Origin: Eledone cirrhosa
Lineage: Eukaryota
Assembly (NCBI GenBank): GCA_964016885.1
Contig: OZ024741.1
Coordinates: forward strand, 79,670,001 to 79,734,000
Reading direction: 5' to 3'
Length of the DNA stretch: 64,000 nucleotides
Positions 51,826 through 64,000 of this stretch are shown in pieces. The notes under the pieces are model-generated. The model was given only the letters and a program-made list of their open reading frames with translations. It ran no database searches and had not been told where the DNA came from. Within the stretch, counting starts at the first letter, position 1, and every line of letters starts with the position of its first letter. Made by a program: the position numbers and the translations under genes.

Positions 51826-54042
51826 TTAATTTACAGACACATACTCACGTCCGACGCTGTTGGATGGCATGGACCTGCCTTTCCAGGTACCGAGCTGCAG
51901 GCCCAATGACTTTTCCTGGTTGATCATTGCTCTTGTCACCGCTTCGTATTCTCTTAGTGTAGTGCCGATCGCCTCGATGTGTTTGGCGTTCGACACCATT
52001 ACGGTGACATCGTCCGCATATGCTGACACGGATCTTCCGCATCCTAGTTCGCGCGTGACCCCCCCCCCCCCCTCAACGTCTCTAGTTTGTGCAGTAATGG
52101 CTCGAGAGTCAATACGTACAAGAGGGACGAGAGGGGACATCCTTGGTGGACCGAGCGAATGATGTTGAACGGTTCCGAAAGGTGACCGTTCACTCTCACC
52201 ACAGAGCAGATGTCGCTGTGCATGGAAGCGATCCAGCCTCTGAAGACGGGCCCAAAGCCAGCCGCCCTCAGGACTGCCGCTAGGTAACGATGGTCGACCC
52301 TATCGAAGGCTTTCAACTGATCTAAATTTATCAAAGACCCACCCGTGCCAAGTTCCCTAGCTACCCTCTCTACGATGTATCGCATAAGGTGGAGGTTGTC
52401 GTGGATGGATCTGTCGGGAATGGCGCATGTCTGCGCCTCTCCCACCAGACCACCAACGACAAGCGCCAACCTCTTTGCTAGCACCTTGGCCAAAATCTTG
52501 AACTCTGTGTTTATCCCCCTTGTTCGGATCCTTTCTCAGCAGCGCCACCGCTCCTCGGCTCACAGATCTGGGAATTCTCCCGTTCTGTTGCCAGTTGCAG
52601 TAGACGTCCGCCAAGGGGCCTCCGAACAAGTTTGGCATTTGTACGTAAAGTTCATAGGGCAGACCATCCAAACCAGGCGATTTACCCCTTGTGCATCCAG
52701 TCATTGCCTCCCGTACTTCAGCGGCTGTTATCGGCTTTTCGCAACACTCCGCCTCGGTGGCCGAGAGCCGCGGCCGTCTGTCGAGGTAGACACTAAAGTC
52801 CATCCCTCGATCCGGCCCGCCATTGCCCCCGAACAGTTGAGCGAAGTGTCGCTGAAAAGCTTCACACATTTGCCCGGGATCGAGTAGCATGCGCCCGTCG
52901 TGGTCCACCAAAGACCGGATCGTGGCTTTGTTGCCACGACTCGCCTCCGCCACTCGGGCCCATTGAACGGCTTTCGTCCCCTCGTGTCTGAGAGCACGCA
53001 CCCTAGCTCTGACAACGCAGCCTTCGTGCTTTGCATTGAAGAATTGGTCAAGGGTCAATTTCGCCGCAAGTACGTCGGTCGCGATGCCTTTGCAAAGCGC
53101 CTCCTCTAATTTTCTAACTAATTCTCCCTCTGCTCTATTTTTCTCTATTGCTAAAGCCTTACTAAACCTAATTGACTCTATTCTAATTGCTCTTTTCAGA
53201 GCAAACCACCACTTGTTGTTGACGATGGCCCCCGTCAACGCCCGCTTAACTAGTTCGCTAATCCGGTCTCTGTAGGCCTTGCGCGCTGGTAAGGACGCGT
53301 TTAGCTTCCAGTAGCCGGCTACTCGTCTATGAAGCCTATCTAAGTCAAGTACACAGATCACGAATTTGTGGTCCGTGTAGCTGACTATCTTGAATTGTGG
53401 ACAGCCTATGCTAGACCTATCTATTTCTCTACAAAATACTCTATCTAGATATGATCTGGATGACCCTATGCGATTTGTCCAAGTCCACATTGGTACATTC
53501 GGGAAATCCAATCGGTACCTGTCAGACAGTTCAAAACGCCTGAGCAGGTTGGTGAGACTCTTGCACCCTCCTCCCTTAACCACTAATCCCACACAATCCC
53601 AGCGTGCATCTAAGATCCCGTTCCAGTAGCCCACTAACACTAAACAGCGGGACGTTCCAAGAAAGGTCTCCAGACGCCGGAAGAAATCAGGCCGCCCTGC
53701 TCCTGTCGGGGCATAGACGGCCACTAACCTGAAAGCTTGCCCGTCTCCGCTGGTCACGCCCAGCACCACCAACTTACCTACTGGGTCCAGGAAGATGGCC
53801 CGTATGGCAAGATCCAAACCTCTCCGAAAAAGCACAGCAACTCCTCCCCCCGATCCCGGACATCTGGGAGATGCGTACACATCGTAGCCACCGAAGATCG
53901 GTGCGAAGGCCCGTGCTTCGGAGATCTGGTCTCGCTGATGGCCACTACATCTATGTTTAGTGACCTGAGGTCGTTGAGCAGGTGGCTTCCATGACGACCC
54001 CAAGCCACGCGCATTTATGCTGCCTATTCTGAGTGAGGTCAT
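51826..54042 (-). pseudogene. Tx1 ORF2: apurinic endonuclease + partial RT (frameshifts, deletions)
   Basis: SINARGL, ISETR, VAVYAP, SYLDR, YTDH, YWKLN, KSPGLDGLPYE, DQLKAFDRVDH, QGCPLS, AYADD. Confidence 0.9.
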
Positions 54043-54566
54043 GTTGAAAAGGAGTGGAAAAGATGGGAAAGACCACTTACCTTAATTCTCGTAGAGGAAG
54101 GACGGTTTTTCCATCCTTTTCACTGCTTGTGGCCTCCTCAGGAAGGATGACCTTATAAATCCTCCTGGAGAGTGCTTGTCGGAAGTCTCCGATGTCTTTG
54201 GGGAATTTTTGTTTTAGTGTCATGTACGTTTTCTGTGTGATGCGAGTGATTTGTATGTGTGGAGGTGGTGTGAACTTTTGGGTTGTTGTGTAGTCTTTTT
54301 CTGTGATGCTGGTGTTGTGTTGGATGTAGTGTAATAATTGGTTGTTGTTCAAATTTAATGCTGTGTAGTGTGTATCGTTTTGGTTGTTTTGTTTTGTTTG
54401 TGTTTGTTGTGGGTTTGTTTCTGTTACGCTTTTTGGTGACTTTTGTGGTGTAGGTCATGGTGGTGTTGGGGTTAATGATGGTGATGGTGTTGGTGTTTGG
54501 GGTGATGGGGTTGGTGATGCTGGTGTGGATGGTGTCATATCTGTCCTAACTTTTTTGTTTGATAGT

Positions 54567-55996
54567 TTATTTGTTTCCCTCTGTATTTTGTTTTTGGAGG
54601 GGGAAGGAAGAGAGTTTTTTTCTTTTGGGGTTTCTTTTTTTCTTTTTTCTTAATACCGTTTCCCACTCCTCGTCGTCACAATCTGTCTCCAGTTGTGATA
54701 AGCCGGGGAGTGGAAAATCCTCCACAGGCGTTAGTTTTGGTTGTGGCGTGGTGGAAGGTGTAGGCGCTGGTGCTAGTTCTGGCGCGTTGGGTGGTGTTGG
54801 TTTTGCTACTGTTGTTGGGGTTGTTGCTGTTACAGTTGCTTCTGTTGTTGCTGCTACAGTTGTTGCTGCCATCTCTGGTGCTGGTGGTGTTGATGGTTGA
54901 GTCACTGGGGTGGGTAAGAGAGGTTCCCTCAACCTTTTAGCCTGAGGGCAGAAAGCCCTTAGTTGGGTTCCTTCACCACAAACGACACACCTAGGCCTTC
55001 TGCCCTCGACAATTACGGTGAGGTGGCTGCCGTCAGTGAGGTCTATTACCTCTGGGATCTGCTCTATGCTTTTTTGGTCCGCTTGGATCAGGAGCTCCAT
55101 CCCAGATCCGGACCAGTTCTCCTGCTTTTCTTTCGCTATTTCGATTATCTTGGTGTTGGCTTCGATGCCGGCGCGGGCGGCAGCTATTAGCCAGGGAATT
55201 TCGCTGACCGGTGGAACGTGGGTCACCCTGATCTTTACGAGTCTCTGGCCACAATAGCTTGGGACGAGTGTGAAGTCGTCACTTCTTAATGGAGCCATGG
55301 AGTGTTCTCTAGTCCCCTGTGGTGTTTCAAAGAACACTTCCACGGTTCCATACTTCTGCCCACGTCTGATGTGGGTTTTTTTTGCCCACACGTGTCCCAA
55401 AGCTTTTGAGATTTGGGACTGGGATGACCGTTCCACTCAGCGCGATTTTATATTAATTGTTCGATAAGACACGGTGCATAGGCGCCGATGCTCCATTTTA
55501 TTAGGCGTGTGGGGGGGGGGCTGACCCTGCACCCATCTTTCTTTACCATTTTTTGGGCTTCTTCTAATTCCTCCTGAGTTACCTGAAATGCTTCGCACTG
55601 TTTTGCTACTCTGGCAAAACTCATGGTGGTTTTCTTAATGTCATTGTTGCTGTTATTGTTATCGTTATTTTTGTCATTATTAATTTTAGTTTCAGTTGTG
55701 GCGGTGGTGGCGTCAGTGGTGTTCGGTGTGGAAGAGTTCATTTTGGTTGAATTCATTTCGATATCACGAGTTAATTTATTTTTTTCTTTTGTTTCTGTTG
55801 TCGCGGTGGTGGTGGTGGTGGCGGCTTTAACACCTGCAGTCATTGTTAATGGCGGGAAATGAATGTCTGCCTGAGACAAATTTAAAATATTGCTACTGCT
55901 TAAATTTTTAGTGTTGGCAAACGTAGTAATATTTACAATGGTGGTGTCGGTGTGAGGTGTTAGTATGTGAGGAAGGTGTGACTCTGAGTCATCCAT
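54567..55996 (-). CDS. Tx1 ORF1 (frameshifted near the G-run at ~55510)
   Basis: SFARVA motif, RRM-like body, VIVEGRRPRCxxC....RAFCP zinc knuckle, P/T-rich tail, WETV.RKKK. Confidence 0.75.
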
Positions 55997-56210
55997 GATT
56001 TTTCAAAGAAAAACTTTTGTTTGATAATTATGAAAGTTTGAATTTTGGGCTCAAGGCCCCAATCTTTTTGGGTGTCCTTTTCAGATAACAATGTATGTGC
56101 ACTTATATAGAGTTAACAATAAAAATTTTCCATGAATGGCAATTTTAAACAACTGAAAATAACAAACCTTTGCGGAGCTCACGATGATACGATTTACTAC
56201 GTAGGTCGCC

Positions 56211-56278
<68 letters not shown>

Positions 56279-57360
56279 GGGAAGAAGACGCACGAGGTGG
56301 TAGAAGGTCATGAAATCGCTCCCGTAAGTTTTTGATTTTTAACATATTTAAATCAATTGTGAAATAACAATTCTTAGTACAAATAATGCATAGACCTCCG
56401 AATCAAGTCTCAAAAAATTTCGGATCCATAATATATTGTTATATCGCTCAAATATTCAATTTTGTATTATATATTTTATATTCAAAAAAGAAAATGGTTA
56501 TAAATGGAAGAAAACTCCCTCTGTCTACACTATATAGAACAGCCAAATAACAGCAATTTCACCAACACCAGAAACTTGATACACCACCTACCCCATCACC
56601 CCGCTGTGTACACTAAATATAACAGCCAGATAACGGCAATTTCACCACCACCACCACCACCAATCCCAGCATCATAATAATAATTACTATTATTATTGTC
56701 TCAAGTTTTAACAAAATGTTTAATTCCAATTTTACGGTAATATCTTAACACATATATTAAACATACGCGACACAAACGCATAGATACTACAGATCAAACA
56801 AAACTAGTCTATTCAACACAGATATTAAACATACGCGACACAAACGCATAGATACTACATATCAAAAAAAAGTAGTCCACTCAACAAAACTCAGTAACGA
56901 CAACGCCACCGCCGCCACCACTCCATCCATCATTGCTACCACTACCCCATCACCGCCGCCACCACTCCTTCATTGCTACCACCACTATTCCCCTGTTAAC
57001 TTAAGAAAGGGGAAGGTGGCGGTATCACTAGACAAGGGAGAGGCTAGCAAAAGATATAAATAGATTGACTTAGTGACCTGGCCACCGGCCAAACGTCAAC
57101 AACTATGGCACTGCTGGCTCCCCCCTTCCTCACCAACAATATAAAAAGCCCCAGCACCACCACCGACATAGCCAACAACAATAACAGGCAACTTCAGCAA
57201 AAAGTATATTATATTATTGTAATGCACTGGGTGATTGCTGGCCTTGTGCCTGGAGTGGAGACAATTATTATTATTAATAATTTCATTCTTAAGCCACGCA
57301 ATGCTCACATTAAGGAACCACTCATGATAATAACAATTTAAAAAAACAACAAAAAAGAAA

Positions 57361-60300
57361 ACCCCGTGACCAAGAAATACCGGGATGGCGGCGGCGGGGA
57401 ATAGCCGTGTCTCTGGGGGAGAACGACCCCTCTAGTCTTGGTTGACACTCGTTCTAGAAGTGGTAACACGAAATGATCACCCCTTGGCGGATAAGGATAA
57501 AACGCGACAAAATAAAGTAAATGTCTAATGATAAAATCTCATACCGGATCGGCCGACACCCGGGTAGAAAAGGGCCGCGTCCCTCAGAGAGGAACCAGAC
57601 TGGGGTCGAAAAATCAGCTAATGGTTCAAACCTTCCCATCACTTCGGAGCTGGAGACCTCCCATAACCGGAATACTCCTACTGTTGGCCCTCCATGCTCA
57701 CCACCAAGAAATCCAAAGAAAAAGAGAGAAAAATGGTCAAGGGAAGATAATAAAGAAGTCCTTGAGGCTTTCTACACTGCCATGTACTACCCATCAAATA
57801 CATCGAATACAGAACAGACATATATCAACTGGAAAAAGAAACATCCCGAAAACAGAGGCTATATTGACAGTAACAAACTAGCCAATATACGAAGAAATAT
57901 TGTAAAAAAAAGGTTACTAACTGATATAGAAATTGATCAGATCAAGCTATTAGCACAAAGTCAGCGAAGGGAAAATGAAACATGTGTCAGTTAAAACGAG
58001 GTAAATTGTAACACTTCGAATCCCAGGGTTGGGGCGGAATCACTGGCAACAGAACAAATTAAAGAAAGGATCGAAAAAGTGGAGGGAGTGCATGCTCAAG
58101 ATGAAACTCCAAATGAAAATAATGAGATCGTAAATGATAAAGAAATTAATGAGAATGAACTTGAAGGATGAAATTATGATCGAATGGATGAAAATGAAAG
58201 AATCTGACATGGGGCAACGAGACACCCTCCCTAAGATCCAGAACTCCAAACAGAACCAAAAGATAATGCACAAGACTAACATAATTCTCAAAAAAATTTT
58301 CATCACAAACAAACTAAACATTACTGATTTAAATCATCTCTATTATGCATCGGCTAAAGTCACCACTCACTTATGTGGAGTGAAGATGAAAAAACAAAGG
58401 AATTCCCACAAGAAATCTACTTGGCAAGAGAACATCAATCGCCAAATAAACCTTCTCCGATCTGACATAGAAATTTTAACAAACTATAAAGTAGGTGAAC
58501 ATGTTAAACAAGCTAAACTTAGAAAATTGAAAAGAAAGTATAGTATAAAATCAACAAGTGACATAGACATGCTGATAGAAATAATCAAGCAAAAAGTGTC
58601 GGCCAAAGCTGCTCGTATAAGGCGCTTTGAAAAACGATCTAGATTCTATAAGGACAATAATATGTTCAAAAACAACCAAAGGAACTTCTACAGAAAAATT
58701 GGTAAGTCAACAATAACTGCTAAATCAATACCACCCAAGGAGGAAGTGCAAGAATTCTGGGAAAAGATCTGGGCCGAAGAAAAAGTTCATAACATACATG
58801 CCCCATGGATAGACAGACAAATGAAAGATACAGCTCACCTTGAGGAACAAATATGGGAAAACATAACAGTTGAATATTTGCGCTTGGCTCTAAGAAAAAC
58901 CAGCAAATGGAAAAGACAAAATACAAAATTTTTGGATAAATGCCTTCACAGAGTCTCATGAGCTGTTAGCCCAACTTTACAATGAAATTGTTAAGGAGCC
59001 AGAAAAGATACCATCATGGCTAGTTAACGGCATTACATTCCTGCTTCCGAAGAATGATGAGACAAACAATCCCCAAAATTACAGACCGATAACTTGCTTG
59101 ACCACAATGTATAAAATTTTAACATCAGTCCTAAATGAATACACATATGACCACCTGATAACAAATGACCTATTTCCCATTTAGCAGAAAGGGTGTAAAC
59201 GAGGCTCATATGGCTGCAAGGATCAGCTTTTGGTTAACAAAATGATACTGGAAGATTGTCATAATAGACACAAAAATCTATCAATTGCTTGGATAGATTA
59301 TAAAAAAGCATTCGATAGTTTGCCACACAGTTGGATTGAAAAATGTTTAGAGATTTTCAAAATATCCCCCGTTGTCAGGAGGTTTTTGTCATTCAGTATG
59401 AAGACATGGAAAACGACACTCCTTTTGAATAGTTAAACAAAATCACTGGAAGCTGGAGAAGTTAATATTAATTGTGGAATTTTTCAGGGTGACTCTTTAT
59501 CACCGCTTTTATTCTGCATCGCGCTTATACCATTAAGTAAAATGCTCAATGAAACAAAACATGGATATAGAGTCTATGACAAAACCATTAATCACTTGTT
59601 CTACATGGATGACCTGAAACTATTTGCAAAAAATGATGAACAATTGCAAGAGCTATTATCCACTGTGGAGCAGTTCAGTGATGACATTAAAATGGAGTTT
59701 GGACTAGATAAATGCGCCAAAGCAACGTTCACCAGAGGAAAGCTGCTGAAGAGTTCAGACATTAATCTTGATCGGGGGAACGTGATAAGAGAACTTGATC
59801 AAGGAAAAACTTACAAATATCTAGGTGTTTGTGAAGGAGACGGAATCAAGCACTCGACAATGAGGGAAAGGATAAGGAAGGAATGTTACCGCAGAGTAGG
59901 AGCAATCTTAAGAACGGAATTGAATGCAAGGAATAGGATCGATGCCATAAACACGCTTGCCATACCAGTAGTAACCTACAGTTACAATGTCATCAACTGG
60001 TCAAGTACAGAGATCCGTAGGCTCGATACAAAAATTCGAAAATTCTTAACCATGCACAGAATGCATCACCCTAAGGCAGATATAGATAGAATATATCTCC
60101 CTAGGAAAGAAGGAGGACGTGGGTTAGTCCAGTTAGACATTGCGTTGAAAACTGCAACAATTGGATTATCTACATATCTAAGGGAATCACATGATTGGAT
60201 GATCAAACTTGTTTTGAAACACGAAAGCATCAAAAGATCATATTCCATTACAAAAGATGCACAAAGATACAGTAATGGACTACAAATTTCAGAAGGCCCA

Positions 60301-61296
60301 TTTACTGCTGAAATGGAAAACACAGAAAAAGCAAAGCAGGTAAAAGTAACTGCAAAGAAAGAACTGCTACAGAAACTGGTTAAGAAATGGCAAGAAAAGC
60401 CTCTGTATGGAAAATACCCAGAACGAGCTAACAATCCTGATGTTGACAAAACTTTAACCCATCAGTGGTTGGCATCCTCTGGACTGAAATCGGAGACTGA
60501 AGGACTGATTATATCAGCACAAGATCAGTGTCTGCCAACAAAAAATTATTACCAAGCCAACATAATAAAAAATGGATGCAGCCCATTATGCCGCGTGTGC
60601 AAAAAACAACCAGAGACCATTGACCATATAATTTCAATGTGCAGTCCTATAGCTCCAACCGAATACCTAAACAGGCATGACAGAGCTGCACAATACATAC
60701 ATTGGATAATGTGTAAGCATTTTGACCTGCCCCATCAAAAGAATTGGTGGGAGCAACCACCTCCCATACTTGAAAAAGATCACATCTCAATCTTGTGGAA
60801 CTTTAGCATCCAAACAGACCGAAAAATAGATGCAAATAGACCTGATATAATATTGAAGGACTATAAAAAGAGGGTATGCCTGCTAATTGATATGTCCGTT
60901 CCAATAGACAAGAATGTATCTATAAAAACATTTGAAAAATTGAGCAAGTATAAGGACCTGGAGATAGAAATTGGAAAAATGTGGAAATTGAGAACTAAAA
61001 CAATACCAGTGGTTGTGGGCGCTCTGGGAATGATACCTAAGGGGACTAATTATTACATATCGCAAATCCCAGGAAACCCGCGTATAGGAGAAATACAATA
61101 GATAGTACTAATGGGAACTGCCCATATACTAAGGAAGATTCTGTCAATATAAGTACATCACAAGTCTAAACACTAAAGATGCATGTGTGAGTATGTATGT
61201 TCTTTCTTGAACATGGCGGACCTTGTTGTCTCTTGAGGTCACTGGTTGCGACTTGGTGATAACTCGTATGAACATAAAGCAAGATAAATGCAACTG
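57361..61296 (+). mobile_element. Near-full-length R4/Dong-clade LINE (ORF broken by few stops) ending in (TAA)n
   Basis: ORFs 57521-57994, 58134-58961, 59230-59436 and 59542-61101: [53 protein letters not shown]. Confidence 0.92.
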
Positions 61297-61328
61297 TAAT
61301 AATAATAATAATAATAATAATAATATTA

Positions 61329-63033
61329 GGGGCATCTGGGCAAGGACAAACAACAGAGGGGACAGACTATCTCCCAAGATCAAGAGGGGTATCTTCCAGG
61401 GAGATAGTCTGTCCCCTCTGTTGTTTGTCCTTGCCCTGATGCCCCTGACCAGTATACTGCGAGAAGTGAGAGCAGGATACAGGTTGGGAAAGGGAGGGCT
61501 TACCATCAATCACCTCCTCTTCATGGACGATCTTAAGCTTTTCGGGAAGAGTGAGAAGGAGTTGGATGTGCTTGTTGACACTGTCCGTATTTTCAGCAAT
61601 GATATATGTATGCAATTTGGTATTAGTAAGTGTGGAGTCCTTGTGATGAAGAGGGGTAAATTGAGCAGAAATAACGGAATCCAGGTACCAACAGGTGAGA
61701 TGATAAAGGAAATTGACACTGAAGAAGGATACAAGTATTTGGGTATTCTGGAGGCTGATGACATCAAGAACAAAAAAATGAAAGAATTGATAAGAACTGA
61801 ATACATTCGGAGAGTAAGGAACGTATTAAAGTCACATCTGAACAGTAGGAATGCCATAAGTGCAGTAAATTCCCGAGCTGTGTCTATTATTAGGTACAGT
61901 GCGGGAATTCTGAGAAGGAATGTTGCTGAACAAAAAGAAATGGATAGGAAGACTAGTAAGCTATTGACTATCTACAACATGTTCCACAAGAAGAGTGATG
62001 TCGATAGACTCTACTTAAGGAGATCTGAAGGTGGAAGAGGTCTTATCAGCATAGAGGACTGTGTTCAGATGGAGAAAAACAACCTACACAAATACGTGAC
62101 TGATAGTAAGGAGCCAATTCTCAGAACTGTACTGAAGGACAGGACAATAGACCAGGGGATGTCCAAGGAGGAAATAACATCAAGGAGAAAGAGCAGCCTT
62201 CAGGAAAAATCCCTTCATAGTACATTCTTTGAGAAAACTGAATTCAGAGATCCACAGACATGGAACTGGTTGAAAAGAGGAGACCTTAAAAAGGCTACGG
62301 AAGGAATGTTAATGGCTGCGCAAGAGCAGGCCCTCAAAACGAAGTGGTTGAAACACCATATTTACAAGGAGGAGGCTAGCCCACTGTGCAGGATCTGTGG
62401 AGAGAGAGAGAGAGGAGACTGTGGCTCACATTGTATCCGAGTGTAAACACCTAGCCCAGACTCACTATAAAGGCTGGAGACATGATGGGCAGGGTGATCC
62501 ACTGGCACCTATGCAAAGTAAACAATTTACAACATTCAGAGAAGTGGTATGAGCATAAGCCAGAGTCGGTGATAGAAAACGATCAGGTGAAGGTGCTATG
62601 GGATTTTAGGATACAGACGGACAAGAAACTGGAACACAATAGACCTGACCTGGTGGTTTTGGACACGGAAAAAAGATCGTGCCTGATTGTGGATGTGTTG
62701 CCTGCCCATTCGACACGAGAGGGCAAGAGAAGGAGAGGGAGAAAATTAACCGATACCAGGACTTAAAGTGGGAGGTAAAAAGGATTTGGAACTGCCATGA
62801 AGTCAAAGTGGTCCCGATTGTCATAGGCGCACTAGGTACTATCTCAAAAAGTTTCCAGGGATGGTTAAAGAAAATTGGCCCCGTCACGCTGTTTTGAACG
62901 CTTCAAAAGGCATGCTTTCTGGGAACAGCAAGAACCCTCCGATACGTCCTGAATATCTGAGGCTGCAGGTAGTGGCTTGATATTCATTTCAACAAACTTT
63001 CCAGTTAACTAACATCAATGACTGAGACTCAAA

Positions 63034-63035
<2 letters not shown>
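61329..63035 (+). mobile_element. 5'-truncated second Dong-family LINE inserted in the (TAA)n tail of the first
   Basis: IFQGDSLSPLLF, FMDDLKL, KATEG.LMAAQEQ, CRIC, RPDL; (AAT)n on both sides. Confidence 0.9.
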
Positions 63036-63106
<71 letters not shown>

Positions 63107-63107
<1 letters not shown>

Positions 63108-64000
63108 TTTTCTTTATTAACCACAAGGGTTCACATAAAGTAGACATTAAGGACAGTACAGGACAATACAGGACGGTACAAATGGGCATTTCTGCGTGTA
63201 AAAAACAGAGGTTGAAATAAAATACCAAAGAAAAATTCCCCAAAAAGGGGGAGACTTCCAAGGGACATTTGTGGAGAAAGCCCATTAAAAGACCACAGTG
63301 GCGCTGACCACCAGGGCAAGTGCCCTCTCCCAGTTTTCCACCTTTAATTTACAGACACATACTCAGAGAAGGCCCATTCATTCGGGCCATACTTGCTTCT
63401 CTCACCCATCTTTCAACAAAATGCTGGGAAGAGAGCACTTCCCTCTCTACCCTGATTTTCCTTTTCAAATGAAATTTGAAAAAGTTAATCAGGGCATCAC
63501 CGAAGAGGTAAGTGCTCGTCTTCAGCCCTTTCAAACGTGTCCACCATACTATCTCTTTCGCCATGGCCACCAGACAGATAAAAACTGCCTGCCCTTCCAG
63601 GCTAAAGGAAGGGGGCGGGGCAATCCTCACGATGGACTCAGCTGATAGCTGGATCCGTCCTACACGTGACAGCAGGTGTTCGACATAAACCCACAAGTTA
63701 GCAATGCTCGGACACTGGACGAGTGCGTGCAGGACGGTTTCGTCGCCCTGCGCGCATCTCGGACATGCCCGGCTGACGGCACCTCCATGCCTGTAGAGTT
63801 TATCCCGAACTGGCAAAGCTCCTCGGTGGCACTGCCAGGCCAGGGATTTCTGGAAGTTGTCCATAGGCCCCGGCCCGAAAGTCCTTCCGAAGAGATTGGC
63901 TAGTTCATTTTCGTCGACGCCTAGAGTTTCTCCAAGTACGTCGTCGCTCTTCCCCTCCACTAATCCCCTATAGAACGCCAAGGTGGAGTTTCCACCGATC
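63107..64000 (-). mobile_element. 3' part of a Tx1-clade LINE (zf-RVT C-terminus + 3' UTR), running off the window end
   Basis: W..HRGALP, CPRC..DETVLHALVQC in ORF 63349-63981; 3' UTR shared with 51590. Confidence 0.88.

Larger units (their letters stand above)
51590..56210 (-). mobile_element. Tx1-clade (L1 group) LINE with intact 5' end and internally deleted ORF2, flanked by (TTA)n on both sides
   Basis: ORF1, APE and RT motifs; 3' UTR nearly identical to the copy at 63107; (AAT)n at 51554-51589 and 56211-56278. Confidence 0.88.

Noticed and set aside
56520-56890. Local tandem duplications (~68 bp at 56754-56888; ~75 bp period at 56522-56650)
   Set aside because: Two-copy slippage-type duplications with no further structure.

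Overview
Eukaryotic, AT-rich, repeat-dominated DNA with no recognisable host protein-coding exon. The many tRNA-derived Meta-domain and CORE SINEs and long (TA)n/(CA)n tracts suggest an octopod cephalopod genome (inference). Recognisable mobile elements are five R4/Dong-type RLE LINE copies, one RTE LINE, a CRE-type 3' fragment, two Tx1-clade LINEs, a 5'-truncated Penelope (RT + GIY-YIG) with inverted pseudo-LTRs, a Charlie/SPIN-like hAT transposase relic, several hAT-like MITEs and a 1.3-kb 22-bp minisatellite. The most notable signal is RNA-level. About 15-20 hammerhead-ribozyme (HHR) motifs sit in short, non-coding 0.4-0.7 kb tandem or inverted units resembling retrozymes or mini-Penelopes, mostly at 13.7-22.5 kb. 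One family (4 copies, covarying helices) has all three hammerhead core segments in a non-circularly permuted order, with extra pseudoknot helices. Another family carries a compensatory U3-A8 core. All structures were derived by eye; none was computed or tested.
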